Virus record (IMG/VR): IMGVR_UViG_3300032237_000561
Span: 30,594-94,593 of that record
Length of the DNA stretch: 64,000 nucleotides
Direction: 5' to 3' (one strand)
DNA from: a virus
Lineage: Duplodnaviria > Caudoviricetes
Made by a program: the position numbers and the translations under genes
Notes under the pieces: model-generated
Database searches by the model: none
Told to the model about the DNA's origin: nothing
What the model saw: only the letters and a program-made list of their open reading frames with translations
Shown here: positions 47,193 through 57,178 of the stretch, piece after piece
Layout of the letters: the number at the start of each line of letters is the position of its first letter
Numbering within the stretch: the first letter of the stretch is position 1

Positions 47193-47608
47193 GCTGCCCC
47201 GAATTCTTTGTCCCTGGTATCCCCCAACCTCAAGGCTCCAAGCGGGGTTTTGTTTCGGCCAACGGCAAGGTCTCGATGGTCGAGTCCTCTGCCGGTGTTC
47301 ACCCCTGGCGTGCCGACGTGAAAGTCTTTGCCGCAGAGGCGATGCGGGGACGGGACCTGATGACCGGACCCGTTTTTCTGCACTGTGACTTCATCATGAA
47401 ACGCCCAGTGTCCACACCCAAATCCAAGCCAACCCCACCGGCGACCAAGAAGCCCGACCTGGACAAGTTGTTGAGGGCCATTGGCGATGCCCTGAAGGGG
47501 ACCGTGTACGCCGAGGACTCGTTGATCGTGGAAATGGTGGGCACCAAGCGCATTGCGGAAGAAGGCGAGCAGCCGGGTGTGAACATTAACGTGGGAGACA
47601 AGTCGTGA
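47189..47608 (+). CDS. rusA: RusA-like resolvase
   Basis: PQGSK; KPDLDKLLRAIGDAL; EDSLIV. Confidence 0.9.
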   Translation: MSCPEFFVPGIPQPQGSKRGFVSANGKVSMVESSAGVHPWRADVKVFAAEAMRGRDLMTGPVFLHCDFIMKRPVSTPKSKPTPPATKKPDLDKLLRAIGDALKGTVYAEDSLIVEMVGTKRIAEEGEQPGVNINVGDKS

Positions 47609-48336
47609 GCTGGGATCACGAGGGTGACATGGCCAAGTCGGTGGCCCGTCAGCTGCAGAACGAGTGGCTGGAGAAGATCGCCGCCGACGGATCGGCTTTT
47701 GTCGATGAAGAGCCGGTGATGCTCGCCGAGTCCAAGTCGATCTTCTCCAAGATCACCTTCCGGTGGCGTGCCGACGAGCAGAGTCAGCTCGACCGTATCC
47801 GGGCGGCGGTCGACCGGGTGATGGGCGACCTCTACGACGACGGCAAGCAGTCCATCGACAACTTCTACGCCCGGCTGCGTATCCCGGAGTGCGACTCCGA
47901 TACCGGTGTCGTCATCACCGACTCCGGGGGCCGGATCGTCTGGAGGAAGAACGAACGCGGCCAGGAGATCGAAGACTGGTCTCAGCTCACCGGGCAGGAC
48001 ATCGAGCAGTGCCTGATGGAGCTGAGCCGGGTCAAGCTGGAGATCGCCCCGAAGGTCAATGAGCTTCTGCTGGAAGCAGTTTTCTCCAAGCACATTCATG
48101 ACGACCAGTTTCAGGATGCCTATTCGGAATTGGTGGAAGAGACCATTCCCGGTCGTAATGCCTACGCCGCGCGCAAGACCCGCCAGGACAAGTACCACGC
48201 ATTCTTTTGCTATTACTTATGGTCCAGCGCGAAGACTTTCCTGACCGAAATTGACAACTTCTGTCGCGTCCTTGAACGGGTGCGCTATTGGCGGATCGAG
48301 GAGAACAAGAATGGGAAGAAGACTTCCTACCTATGA
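47605..48336 (+). CDS. Hypothetical protein
   Basis: GTGA coupling; 243 aa. Confidence 0.8.
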   Translation: MSWDHEGDMAKSVARQLQNEWLEKIAADGSAFVDEEPVMLAESKSIFSKITFRWRADEQSQLDRIRAAVDRVMGDLYDDGKQSIDNFYARLRIPECDSDTGVVITDSGGRIVWRKNERGQEIEDWSQLTGQDIEQCLMELSRVKLEIAPKVNELLLEAVFSKHIHDDQFQDAYSELVEETIPGRNAYAARKTRQDKYHAFFCYYLWSSAKTFLTEIDNFCRVLERVRYWRIEENKNGKKTSYL

Positions 48337-48850
48337 CCCGGATATGGACGGTGAGTATTCTTCGTCTAAACGTCGGACCCAAGTATTCAAGAGGGTCTAT
48401 CAAAACTTTTACCACTGGCAGTCGTTGCGTGAGACCGGGGAAGTATCCGACATCCTGGCGGTCGACGGCGAAGAGATTTACATCGGAGACCTAATGACCG
48501 GGATCGAGACCCTCCCGTTGCGCCAGAGGCAAGCCTTTGAGCTGATCTGTCTGCGCGGCTACACCGAGTCCGCCGCTACCGCGATTCTTCTACCCAATTC
48601 TCGTTGGTCGACACCGGTCCAGCAATACTCCGACGACGGCCTCAAGAAGATGATCGCCGCCTACGACGCGAAGCAGAACGGCACCTGGAACCCCGCCGCT
48701 GTACGCCGGAAACGCCGAAAAAAGACCTGTGAAGACACGCCGGAGGAACAAGAATTTGTAGCGGCCCCAGAATCGGGGTGTAGCATGTCCACAGAAACTG
48801 AAAGGCTGAAGTCAGCCGAACCGGACACCGGAGATAATCCGGGTGCCTGA
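48311..48850 (+). CDS. Sigma-70 region-4-like HTH protein
   Basis: LPLRQRQAFELICLRGYTESAATAIL. Confidence 0.7.
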   Translation: MGRRLPTYDPDMDGEYSSSKRRTQVFKRVYQNFYHWQSLRETGEVSDILAVDGEEIYIGDLMTGIETLPLRQRQAFELICLRGYTESAATAILLPNSRWSTPVQQYSDDGLKKMIAAYDAKQNGTWNPAAVRRKRRKKTCEDTPEEQEFVAAPESGCSMSTETERLKSAEPDTGDNPGA

Positions 48851-48903
48851 CCTAAAGTCGATGTGCGCCGAAGTGGCATCCCAGGTGAAGGATCACCGCC
48901 GAG

Positions 48904-49173
48904 ATGTCCATGCTCGACGATTTGTACAGCGGAATCAATTCCGATCTGGAGGAGCAGGCCAACGCCCTCCTCCGCGAAGGTCGAAGGGGAATTACCGCCC
49001 TCTCCGAGAAAAAAGATTACCTCACCGAAGAGCAGCTCAATTTGCGGCAGGCTCGCGAGGTACTCAACAGCAACGGGTTCCCCGACCCCTCTATACGGCA
49101 GGGTCTGTACCGGCGGGTCTACAGCCCCCTGGCCGGTGCCAGGCCGGGCCGCAGGCCCAACGAAGACATGTAA
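48904..49173 (+). CDS. Hypothetical coiled-coil protein (start uncertain)
   Basis: Good codon bias in this frame. Confidence 0.6.
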   Translation: MSMLDDLYSGINSDLEEQANALLREGRRGITALSEKKDYLTEEQLNLRQAREVLNSNGFPDPSIRQGLYRRVYSPLAGARPGRRPNEDM

Positions 49174-49192
49174 ACCCACCAGGAGGACGACG

Positions 49193-49963
49193 GTGACCAA
49201 CCCACAGCCCCGACGCGCCCTACCCGCCGGAAACCTCACCGGGCGGCAGCTGGAGAGCGAAATCAACCGCGAGGTTGCCGCCATCCGGGCCGAGCATCAG
49301 GACCGGCTGCCTGAGAATCGGTGCCGGGTCTGTCAGGACCCCGAGTCGCGCAGCCGTGTCAACCGTCTCCTCGCCTACGGGATGAAGATCGGCGAGATCG
49401 AGGGGCTGATTGAGGACCTCAATGAGAAGAGGTCCAAGAATAAAAAGATCACCTACTGGTCGCTGCTGCGCCATTCCGAGCGTCACTTCAATGTCCAAGA
49501 CCCCACCAACGCCGCCCGTCGGCGTATTTTGGAACGCCGCAAGGCCCAGGTAGCCGAGGAGCTGGGGGACGCGGCAGCGCATCTCCTGTCCGGCATGGCC
49601 TACCTGGACATCGTCGCCCAGAAAGGCTTTGAGCACCTCATCGACGACGACACCGTTGTCGACTACGAGACCGGCCTCAAGGCTCAGCTCAAGCTGGAGG
49701 ACATGCAGCGCGATGGCGCGGTCGAGGAGCAGGTCGCCGCGATGCGCCGAGATGTGGCCATGCTCCAGCAGGCCGTCCGCGATGTGGTCCCCGCGAGTCT
49801 GATGGCTCAGATCGCCGACCGCATCGACGAGCTGAAGGGTAATTCCCGCGATGATGTGATGGAGGCCGAGGTCATCGACGACGAAGACCCCGACGATGAC
49901 GATGACGTGGGCTACGACCCAGTGCTGTCCCCAGACGCGAACGACACCCTCGGCGAGGACTAG
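49193..49963 (+). CDS. CxxC...HxxxH protein with an acidic tail
   Basis: AGGAGG RBS; GTG at 49193; CRVC and HSERH. Confidence 0.75.
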   Translation: MTNPQPRRALPAGNLTGRQLESEINREVAAIRAEHQDRLPENRCRVCQDPESRSRVNRLLAYGMKIGEIEGLIEDLNEKRSKNKKITYWSLLRHSERHFNVQDPTNAARRRILERRKAQVAEELGDAAAHLLSGMAYLDIVAQKGFEHLIDDDTVVDYETGLKAQLKLEDMQRDGAVEEQVAAMRRDVAMLQQAVRDVVPASLMAQIADRIDELKGNSRDDVMEAEVIDDEDPDDDDDVGYDPVLSPDANDTLGED

Positions 49964-50022
49964 GCCACCTGTAAAGCCGCCATTGACCGGCCACAAAGGG
50001 TAGTAGCAAGGAAGAGGCAATA

Positions 50023-53000
50023 GTGGCCACCGAGACGACCGTGCAAGTGATCCCCTCGTCGGCGGACGTGCCGGGGATGAGTGTCGCCACCTCTTCTCGC
50101 AATCAGGCCGCGCCCCGTTCGGGCCTGATCTACAACCCCACCACCCTGGCGGCTGCGGTCCCGGTGTGGTTTCATCCCATGCCCAGCGGTCGTTACCTGA
50201 CGCTGTTCTCCCGCCGCCTGACCGACGCGACCCTGTCCGCTGACACCATCGGTGGTGTGTTGCTCTACACCGGATATCAGGTCAGCGATGAGCCGTGCTG
50301 GGCCACCATCGGACCCCGCACCGGCGACCCGGAGCCGGTCAAGTTGATTCCGTCCGAGCAGCCGGGCACCCGACACCTGATCGGCGCGGCCAGCCGTGGC
50401 AGCTATCTGTTCACGCTCAACTGGTACAAGAAGTCTCCTGACGATGACGAGACCTACGCCCTGCTGCAGAACTTCCGGGTCTCGGGTCAGGGGATCACCC
50501 TGCTGGGTGAGGAGACCGTCCCACGCAACCTCGGGCTGGGTATCTACTGCGACCGACGCTATTTGTGGATGTTCGGCAATGATGGTGAAGGCAAGCTCGC
50601 ACTGGCCCGCAAGAACTGGGGCAGGATCGGCACCAACTCCGATGCCAATCCGATAATGAATTGGCAGTTCTGGGGACAAGGAAGCTGGAATTCCAGCTCC
50701 GATCAGCTCTCTGCAGTCCTTGACAATAAGGGACAGAAGATCGCTGTCGACGGGCCGTGTTCGATGGCCCGATATCGTGACACCTTCTACCTGATGGCCA
50801 GCACTAAATCTAAGACCAAACCGACCGGCCCGTCCGGCACCGACCGGCTGTCGATGGCACTAAACCCGGACGGCACTCGCCTTTATGTCGCCGACTACAC
50901 CGCTAACACCATCTCGGTGATCGACACTGAAACTAACAAAATCACGACCACCATCAAGACTCTGGCAGGACCGTGGTCAGTGATGTTCGATCCAGACGGA
51001 ACACGTCTTTATGTATCGACCCACAAGAACAACATCATCTCGGTGATCGACCCCTCCAAAAACAAGGTCACCGAAGAGATCACCGTCAGCAAGGCACCTG
51101 GCGCAATGGTGTTCCACCCCAACGGAACTCGCATGTATCTAGTCAACACCGCCGTGAAATTGTTGACCATTGTTGACGTGGGTTCCAAGAAGGTCCTCGA
51201 CACCATCACCGTCGGCAATGATCCTTCCGGGGTGGTAATCAACGCCGACGGTTCCCGTCTCTACGTCACAAATACCGGAGACAAGACGGTGTCGGTGATC
51301 AACACCGTGACCAACAAGGTGATCAAGACCGCTTCGGTCGGCTACACCAACACCCCCTCTGTGACGGCAATCAAGGGGACTAAGGTTTACGTCGGCGGAA
51401 CCGACTCGGTCCTGTCTCTCGACACCACACGGAACCGGGTCACCGCATCCTTCCCGGTTCTCAACATTGGCCTGAGCCTCGTGCCTCACCCGACACTGGA
51501 CCGGCTGTACCTCGCCAACCTCCTCGACACCATCACCGTGATCGACACCACCGACAACACCGTCGAGACCACCATCCCTACGGGCACCGATATGGGCGCG
51601 GTCCAGATTGTGTTGAGCAGCAACGGAAGTCGTCTTTACGCCACCAACACTCACGATAAAACCGTGTCAGTCATCGACACCGCCACTAACGAAATCACCA
51701 AAGTCATACCGCTTTCAGAAACATCGACATCTTCCACCATGACGATGAATTCCCTTGTGGCACAACTGACTGCGCTCCTCAATGGGGTCATCAACGATTT
51801 CATTCCAACCACCACCGGCACGGTCACCATGATCGCAAACATCCTCGATCAGGCCGTCTCCTTGGTCACTGGCCAGTCGGGTCTGGTCAACTCTGGGGTC
51901 ACCACCCTTGTCACTCAGCTCCTGGGTTCCCTCACCGGCACCGGCACCACCCTGACCGACCCCGCCTCAATCCTTGAGGAGATCATCCGGTCCATCACTG
52001 GAATTCCTGGCGTGTCTACCGTCACCGCCATCGCTGAAAACTTCTTCTCCGGCGTGATCGACAACATCCTGGGTGTGGTCACCGCCGTCACTGCCGCGCC
52101 GGTGGCATTGCTGGATGAGATCATCCGCACCATCACCGGAATCCTCACCGGCACCGGTAACGACGGCGGCTCCCCCTCCCCGGCGATCACCATCGGCACC
52201 AGTCAGGTCAGCCTGACCCCGGAGCCTTCTTGGAACGGTGTCGTCTACTCCAGTCGCAAGGCCGAGCAGAGCTGGACCCCGCATGGATTCAGTCTGCCCA
52301 TCGCCAAGACCACCACCGTTTACCAGGACGGCGGCGGCTACCTGCAGGAGCAGATACCGATCACGCCGGGGTACGGGGTCACCACGACCAGCTTCGGTAT
52401 CAGCTTCCTCGACACCACCAGCGACCACATCCAGGTCTACACCGGCACCAACCCGCACACCGTGATCCTTCCCCCGACGGCCAAGGTGGTCGGGACCACC
52501 ATCAGCACCGAAGGGGCTATCGAAGTTCCCGACACCCCGGTCGTTTTCATCCCCGCGATCACCATCGGTGATGCGACCGTCACCGAAGGCAACTTTGGAC
52601 CTTCTACGGTTCGCTTCCGGCTCAGTCTGTCCTCTGCCTCGTCGAGCACCATCACCGTCACCTACGCCACCACCAACGGCACCGCGACCGCCGGAACCGA
52701 CTACACCGCGATCACCGGCAAGGTCACCTTCGTTCCGGGCATCATCTCTCAGGAAATCGCCGTCCAGGTATCCGGTGACTGGAACTACGAGACCGACGAG
52801 ACTTTTAGGGTCGTTCTGTCCCTGCCGGTGAATGCCACCATCGAAGACGATTCCGCCGTGTGCACCATCGTCAACGACGACCGAAATACTTTGATCGAGT
52901 CCTTGCTGGTGAATTTGAAGAACATTCTTGACGGTGTTGCTACCGGCTCTATCCAGGTCGGCAGGGCCGTCGTAACCTCTGTTACCACCATCCTTGAACA

Positions 53001-54396
53001 ATCCACCAGGACACTGACGGGCGTGGTTGGTGATACCGGAGAATTGGTACTGGGGATGGTTGACACATTCCTCAACGCCGTATCGGGTGGGGAAGTTGAT
53101 CTCGGCGAATTCGCTTCTCCCGCAGAGCTTCTTGCCAGCATCATGAGCCGCATCACCGGAGGTGCTGGTTCGGTTTTGTCGGAAGTGAACGAATTGGCCC
53201 AGACGTTCTTCGCCGCCGTCTTCGCCCCACTGAACTCTTTTGCCAATAACCTGGTGGGGGCTTTTCAGAATCTGATCGGATCAATCTTCACCCCCTTCTC
53301 CGGCGCATCGTTAATGTCTGAGACGGTTATGTCGCTGTCGTCTACCGGAAACGAGTCTGCCGATCCGGTCGTCTACATGCCGTACACGATCCACAATCAG
53401 TCCACGTTCGACATCGTGGTGATGGCATCCAACCGCGATAAGACCATCACGGTCCCCCACGGCACCGGATTGAAGTTCACCCCGTATGTCTCCGAACCCG
53501 CGTCGTCCAAAGACTGGTCGTGGACTTACGCCTCTGAACGCGCCCCCCGTACCCGTCAGGGTTTCCCATACCTCTCCACCAACCGGCTCAACATCAACTC
53601 CTACCTGATCGACATCACCGGCGCACCTACATCCGGGGTATTCCGTCTAGCCCACGATGGTCACATCAGCGAGCTGGTTACCGTCGGCTCCTCGTCATCG
53701 GCGACAGCCGACAGTATCCGACTGGCTATCGCCTCACTGTCGTCGGTCAGCACCTTCACCGTCACCGCCGTATCGGCCACTCAGTTCTCCGTAGTCCTGG
53801 TTGAGGATTGCTCTACTTTGGACATCTATTCCTACCGATTCCTCGGCGGAACAGTGCCGAAAGTTCAAGTGAGCCTAGACAATTCGGACTCCACACTGCT
53901 GACCAGGTGGGGTGTATTCCAACCCGATCCCAAGCCCGCCACTCCATCAAAAGTGAGTGCCGAAGTCGCCACCTCAACCGCCGAGGTTCCTTCCGGCCTG
54001 ACCGACATCATCACCCGATTCACCAAAGTCATCACCGTGGTCAGCACCGGGGTGGTCTCACTAGGGACTGGCGTGATCGCCACCGTCACTGACATTCTCG
54101 CCGAGGCCGTTTATCTGATCACCGGACAGCAGATTGCCAACGCCGACGGCAAGATCACCACCCAGGTCGCCGATTTCCTCACCAAGCTCGCCGTCGAGGA
54201 CGGTGTCAGTAACGACGCAGGCACCAGCTTCGAGAACATCCTGCGCCAGATCACCGGCGGCACCGGCACCACCGCGATCAGCACCGTTCCGGCACCGCTG
54301 GACTTCGTCACCAACGCCGTCGATGCCGCCGAGAACACGATTGAGACCCTGGCGGAATGGCTGCAGAAAATCCTTAACGCCATCACCGGTAATTAG
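50023..54396 (+). CDS. Large mosaic protein with YVTN beta-propeller repeats, a Calx-beta domain and three amphipathic repeats; probable virion adhesin
   Basis: Repeated PDGTRLYV...ISVIDT; ITIGDATVTEGN...GTATAGTDY...ETDETF...IVNDD. Confidence 0.85.
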   Translation: MATETTVQVIPSSADVPGMSVATSSRNQAAPRSGLIYNPTTLAAAVPVWFHPMPSGRYLTLFSRRLTDATLSADTIGGVLLYTGYQVSDEPCWATIGPRTGDPEPVKLIPSEQPGTRHLIGAASRGSYLFTLNWYKKSPDDDETYALLQNFRVSGQGITLLGEETVPRNLGLGIYCDRRYLWMFGNDGEGKLALARKNWGRIGTNSDANPIMNWQFWGQGSWNSSSDQLSAVLDNKGQKIAVDGPCSMARYRDTFYLMASTKSKTKPTGPSGTDRLSMALNPDGTRLYVADYTANTISVIDTETNKITTTIKTLAGPWSVMFDPDGTRLYVSTHKNNIISVIDPSKNKVTEEITVSKAPGAMVFHPNGTRMYLVNTAVKLLTIVDVGSKKVLDTITVGNDPSGVVINADGSRLYVTNTGDKTVSVINTVTNKVIKTASVGYTNTPSVTAIKGTKVYVGGTDSVLSLDTTRNRVTASFPVLNIGLSLVPHPTLDRLYLANLLDTITVIDTTDNTVETTIPTGTDMGAVQIVLSSNGSRLYATNTHDKTVSVIDTATNEITKVIPLSETSTSSTMTMNSLVAQLTALLNGVINDFIPTTTGTVTMIANILDQAVSLVTGQSGLVNSGVTTLVTQLLGSLTGTGTTLTDPASILEEIIRSITGIPGVSTVTAIAENFFSGVIDNILGVVTAVTAAPVALLDEIIRTITGILTGTGNDGGSPSPAITIGTSQVSLTPEPSWNGVVYSSRKAEQSWTPHGFSLPIAKTTTVYQDGGGYLQEQIPITPGYGVTTTSFGISFLDTTSDHIQVYTGTNPHTVILPPTAKVVGTTISTEGAIEVPDTPVVFIPAITIGDATVTEGNFGPSTVRFRLSLSSASSSTITVTYATTNGTATAGTDYTAITGKVTFVPGIISQEIAVQVSGDWNYETDETFRVVLSLPVNATIEDDSAVCTIVNDDRNTLIESLLVNLKNILDGVATGSIQVGRAVVTSVTTILEQSTRTLTGVVGDTGELVLGMVDTFLNAVSGGEVDLGEFASPAELLASIMSRITGGAGSVLSEVNELAQTFFAAVFAPLNSFANNLVGAFQNLIGSIFTPFSGASLMSETVMSLSSTGNESADPVVYMPYTIHNQSTFDIVVMASNRDKTITVPHGTGLKFTPYVSEPASSKDWSWTYASERAPRTRQGFPYLSTNRLNINSYLIDITGAPTSGVFRLAHDGHISELVTVGSSSSATADSIRLAIASLSSVSTFTVTAVSATQFSVVLVEDCSTLDIYSYRFLGGTVPKVQVSLDNSDSTLLTRWGVFQPDPKPATPSKVSAEVATSTAEVPSGLTDIITRFTKVITVVSTGVVSLGTGVIATVTDILAEAVYLITGQQIANADGKITTQVADFLTKLAVEDGVSNDAGTSFENILRQITGGTGTTAISTVPAPLDFVTNAVDAAENTIETLAEWLQKILNAITGN

Positions 54397-54457
54397 TTCC
54401 CTGTGGTGTAGTCTCTGTCACGCCCGGACAAAGACCGCCCACAGAAATGGAGCACCA

Positions 54458-55471
54458 GTGCTAGTCGCCGATCTCAAAGAACACCTCTCCGGCGTGCGGG
54501 AACGCAGTATGGAGATGACCCTCGGGGATATCGAGGTGGATTCCGAGGCCCGCAGCATCCGCACCCACAGCGGAGAAGAGTTTCAGCTCGACGAGCAGGC
54601 CGAGCGGAGCCTCGCCGCCTACCTGGGGGTGTCGAAGGCGTACCTGGCGAAGTGCCCCGCCGACCTCAAGGCGCACAACCTGAACTACTGGCTCAAGAAG
54701 CGCGAGAATGCCGCCGCTGTGATCGAGGCCGTCGGTGATCATTGGGTCACCATCCACAAGCCGGGTCTGTTGATCTTGCCCCTGGCGCGTGTCGCCGATG
54801 TGATCACCGCGACGATGAACCCCGACTACGAGGTGGTCTCGCTGATCCGCAACGACACCAAATTCCACATCGACATCATCACCGATCATCATGTCGAGAT
54901 CGAGTCGGACAACCGGATCGAGGATCGCACTCAGGGGACCCGAACCGTCGGTGACATCACCCACGGCGGGGTCCGCATCATCTCCAACCCCACCGAGGTC
55001 GAAGCACCTCAGGTACTGACCTACCTCCACAGGCTCTGGTGCACCAACGGCTCCACGTCCCCGGAGAGCGAGGGAATCATCCGCCTGAAGGGCAACACCA
55101 TCGACGACGTTTTCGTCGAGCTGGAGGGCGCATGCCGCCGTGTAATGGGCGACCTCAACAACAAGCTGGAAGACTACGCTGCCCTGGCCCGTACCTTCCC
55201 GCCCGGCAGCCCGATCCGTTTTGCCTATCAGCTGGGTCGTGAGTACGGACTGACCCAGAAGCTCATGGACCGTATCATCGAGCGTGTCAATGTCCTGCCC
55301 GAAGACGCGACGCTCTACGACATCCAGCAGGTCTTCACCGAATTGGCAAATGGCGCAGTCAATTACAAGACCATGATCAAGCTGCAGCACCTTTCCGGTG
55401 ACCTGGCATTCAACACCGAAGCCGTCACCCACCGCTGCAATACCTGCGAGCGTTTGCTCCCGGAGGCGTGA
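54458..55471 (+). CDS. DUF932-like protein
   Basis: HRLWCTNG motif; GTG start after GGAG. Confidence 0.65.
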   Translation: MLVADLKEHLSGVRERSMEMTLGDIEVDSEARSIRTHSGEEFQLDEQAERSLAAYLGVSKAYLAKCPADLKAHNLNYWLKKRENAAAVIEAVGDHWVTIHKPGLLILPLARVADVITATMNPDYEVVSLIRNDTKFHIDIITDHHVEIESDNRIEDRTQGTRTVGDITHGGVRIISNPTEVEAPQVLTYLHRLWCTNGSTSPESEGIIRLKGNTIDDVFVELEGACRRVMGDLNNKLEDYAALARTFPPGSPIRFAYQLGREYGLTQKLMDRIIERVNVLPEDATLYDIQQVFTELANGAVNYKTMIKLQHLSGDLAFNTEAVTHRCNTCERLLPEA

Positions 55472-55474
55472 ACG

Positions 55475-55936
55475 ATGGAGATCGGTAAGACCGCCGAAAT
55501 CAAGGAGCTGTACGAGACCGAGAAGGTCACCCTGACCGAGATTGGCAGGGTGATGCGGACCCGATACGCGAACTCCGGCCTGTCCACGCCCAAGGAGGAA
55601 GTCGACCGGCGCAACCGCTACGCCAAGGAATTGCGTGAGCGATGCGCCGAGGCTGGTTTCGTTGCCGATGTGGAATGGGTCTGGGCATCCGACGAGAAGG
55701 ATGCCGATGACATCCCGTTGCGTCAGTCGCCGTGCGTATCTGACAACCCCGACGACCAGAATCTCTACTACATCCCCCGACTGATCATCTCTGGCCGGAC
55801 CGACGCACTCAGGGAGTACGACCACGACCGTCAGACCCACGAGGTCCGCCAGGGCGCGTTCGACGGCATCAAGGGTGTTATCGACCCGAACACCGGAACC
55901 CTTAAAGAAGACTCCAAGAAAAAGGACATTTACTGA
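55475..55936 (+). CDS. Hypothetical protein
   Basis: GGAGG RBS. Confidence 0.8.
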   Translation: MEIGKTAEIKELYETEKVTLTEIGRVMRTRYANSGLSTPKEEVDRRNRYAKELRERCAEAGFVADVEWVWASDEKDADDIPLRQSPCVSDNPDDQNLYYIPRLIISGRTDALREYDHDRQTHEVRQGAFDGIKGVIDPNTGTLKEDSKKKDIY

Positions 55937-56349
55937 TGGCTGATATGCCGAAAAAGGCTACCGCACAATCGTTTTCGGCGGGGATGAACACCGAAACGGG
56001 ATTGTCTCCGCTGCACTGGAACGATAAGTGTTTCCTCTGCAACATCGAAATCGGTGAGACCGAACCGCGCCAGTTCTACCAAGGCAAAGCGGCAATGATG
56101 TTGTGCCACACCGGTTGCCTGAACGTCATGAACACCAACGGCGGCAAGCCAATTGATTACCACCGAGCAATGGGAGATGGTGTTGTCGCTTCGGCTGGCC
56201 TGGACCCCAGCTCTCCGGCCTACTCCGGTCCTGGTTGGTTGGAGTTCCCGGACCTGACCGAGATGCAAACCTACCTATCCGCTAAGGGCGCGATCCCGAC
56301 CCACGTCAAGGTGACAGTCGCTGGGGCTGTGATCCAGGCGGGAGAATGA
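55936..56349 (+). CDS. Hypothetical protein with CxxC...HxxC
   Basis: TGATG coupling. Confidence 0.75.
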   Translation: MADMPKKATAQSFSAGMNTETGLSPLHWNDKCFLCNIEIGETEPRQFYQGKAAMMLCHTGCLNVMNTNGGKPIDYHRAMGDGVVASAGLDPSSPAYSGPGWLEFPDLTEMQTYLSAKGAIPTHVKVTVAGAVIQAGE

Positions 56350-56519
56350 GGGGCGGGGGGACCCGGACCGGGTTCGAGTCACGTTCGGTCAGTAAGGCCA
56401 GCCGACGGCGGCGTGATCGTTATACCCGTGACGCGGCCCGCGACCCGTGGGGCAGCAAGCGCAAACTGATGCTCGACGACAAGGATCGCGATGACGATGA
56501 GGTTGACACCGCGTGCTGA
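56346..56519 (+). CDS. 57-aa charged peptide (not in the ORF track)
   Basis: ATGA overlap with the upstream stop; open to TGA at 56519. Confidence 0.45.
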   Translation: MRGGGTRTGFESRSVSKASRRRRDRYTRDAARDPWGSKRKLMLDDKDRDDDEVDTAC

Positions 56520-56796
56520 GATCGACATTCAGGGCACCCTGGTGGGATTCCTGCGTCGCGACATCCGACAGATCAGCGACCAGGAGCGAGAACTGGTCGA
56601 CCGGCTGGTGGACAGTCAGCAACGGGAAGCTGGAGTGGGCAGCCGCGTCACCCGCATTGTCATTGAAACCGACTACCCCGACCCCGACCGCCTGGCTTAC
56701 ACCGCCAGCTTCCGGGTCGAAGTCAACGGAGAGGACCCTGATGCCCCCGCCGAAGCCAATGAAGGTGATGGTTGCGGCCAGCATGATGGACGCTGA
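56491..56796 (+). CDS. Hypothetical protein
   Basis: Codon bias consistent with neighbours. Confidence 0.6.
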   Translation: MTMRLTPRAEIDIQGTLVGFLRRDIRQISDQERELVDRLVDSQQREAGVGSRVTRIVIETDYPDPDRLAYTASFRVEVNGEDPDAPAEANEGDGCGQHDGR

Positions 56797-57010
56797 GATC
56801 GTCAAAGAGCATTGCCCTAAGTATCACTTCCATGCCGTGCTAACCCCTGACCGCATGTTGTCGGGGTTCACCGCCTCTGATTACGTCTGGACACCCGAAG
56901 CCAGCGAACTTCCCGCCTCGGTTCGTTTCCGGTTACGCGGGATGCTGTCATCACTGATCGGTCCAGATTCTGTCGAAGAAGAATTCTCTCCGACCCTGTT
57001 GTCCTGGTGA
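56783..57010 (+). CDS. Hypothetical protein
   Basis: 3' part of ORF 56513..57010. Confidence 0.5.
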   Translation: MMDAEIVKEHCPKYHFHAVLTPDRMLSGFTASDYVWTPEASELPASVRFRLRGMLSSLIGPDSVEEEFSPTLLSW

Positions 57011-57064
57011 TCACTGTCACGAAGGGGTGAACAGTTATCCGTTCACGAGAGAAGGCCCAGAGTC

Positions 57065-57178
57065 ATGGCGGTGGCGAAGACGATTCTGATGATTGCCGGT
57101 TGCTCTCTCCTCGTGACCGGGGTCTGGTTTGGCGTGGTGTATTTCGGGGTCTCCGAGTTTTCCCGGATGGTGGACTGA
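57065..57178 (+). CDS. 37-aa single-TM peptide (not in the ORF track)
   Basis: MAVAKTILMIAGCSLLVTGVWFGVVYFGVSEFSRMVD; AGAAGG RBS; TGATG coupling. Confidence 0.6.
   Translation: MAVAKTILMIAGCSLLVTGVWFGVVYFGVSEFSRMVD

Noticed and set aside
11548-55840. Many long antisense ORFs (e.g. 11548..12651, 21484..22815, 54461..55840)
   Set aside because: Shadow ORFs expected opposite GC3-rich real genes
56371-56380. GGTTCGAGTC, a tRNA T-loop-like motif
   Set aside because: No T-stem or cloverleaf forms around it, and it lies in a plausible 57-aa ORF (56346-56519)
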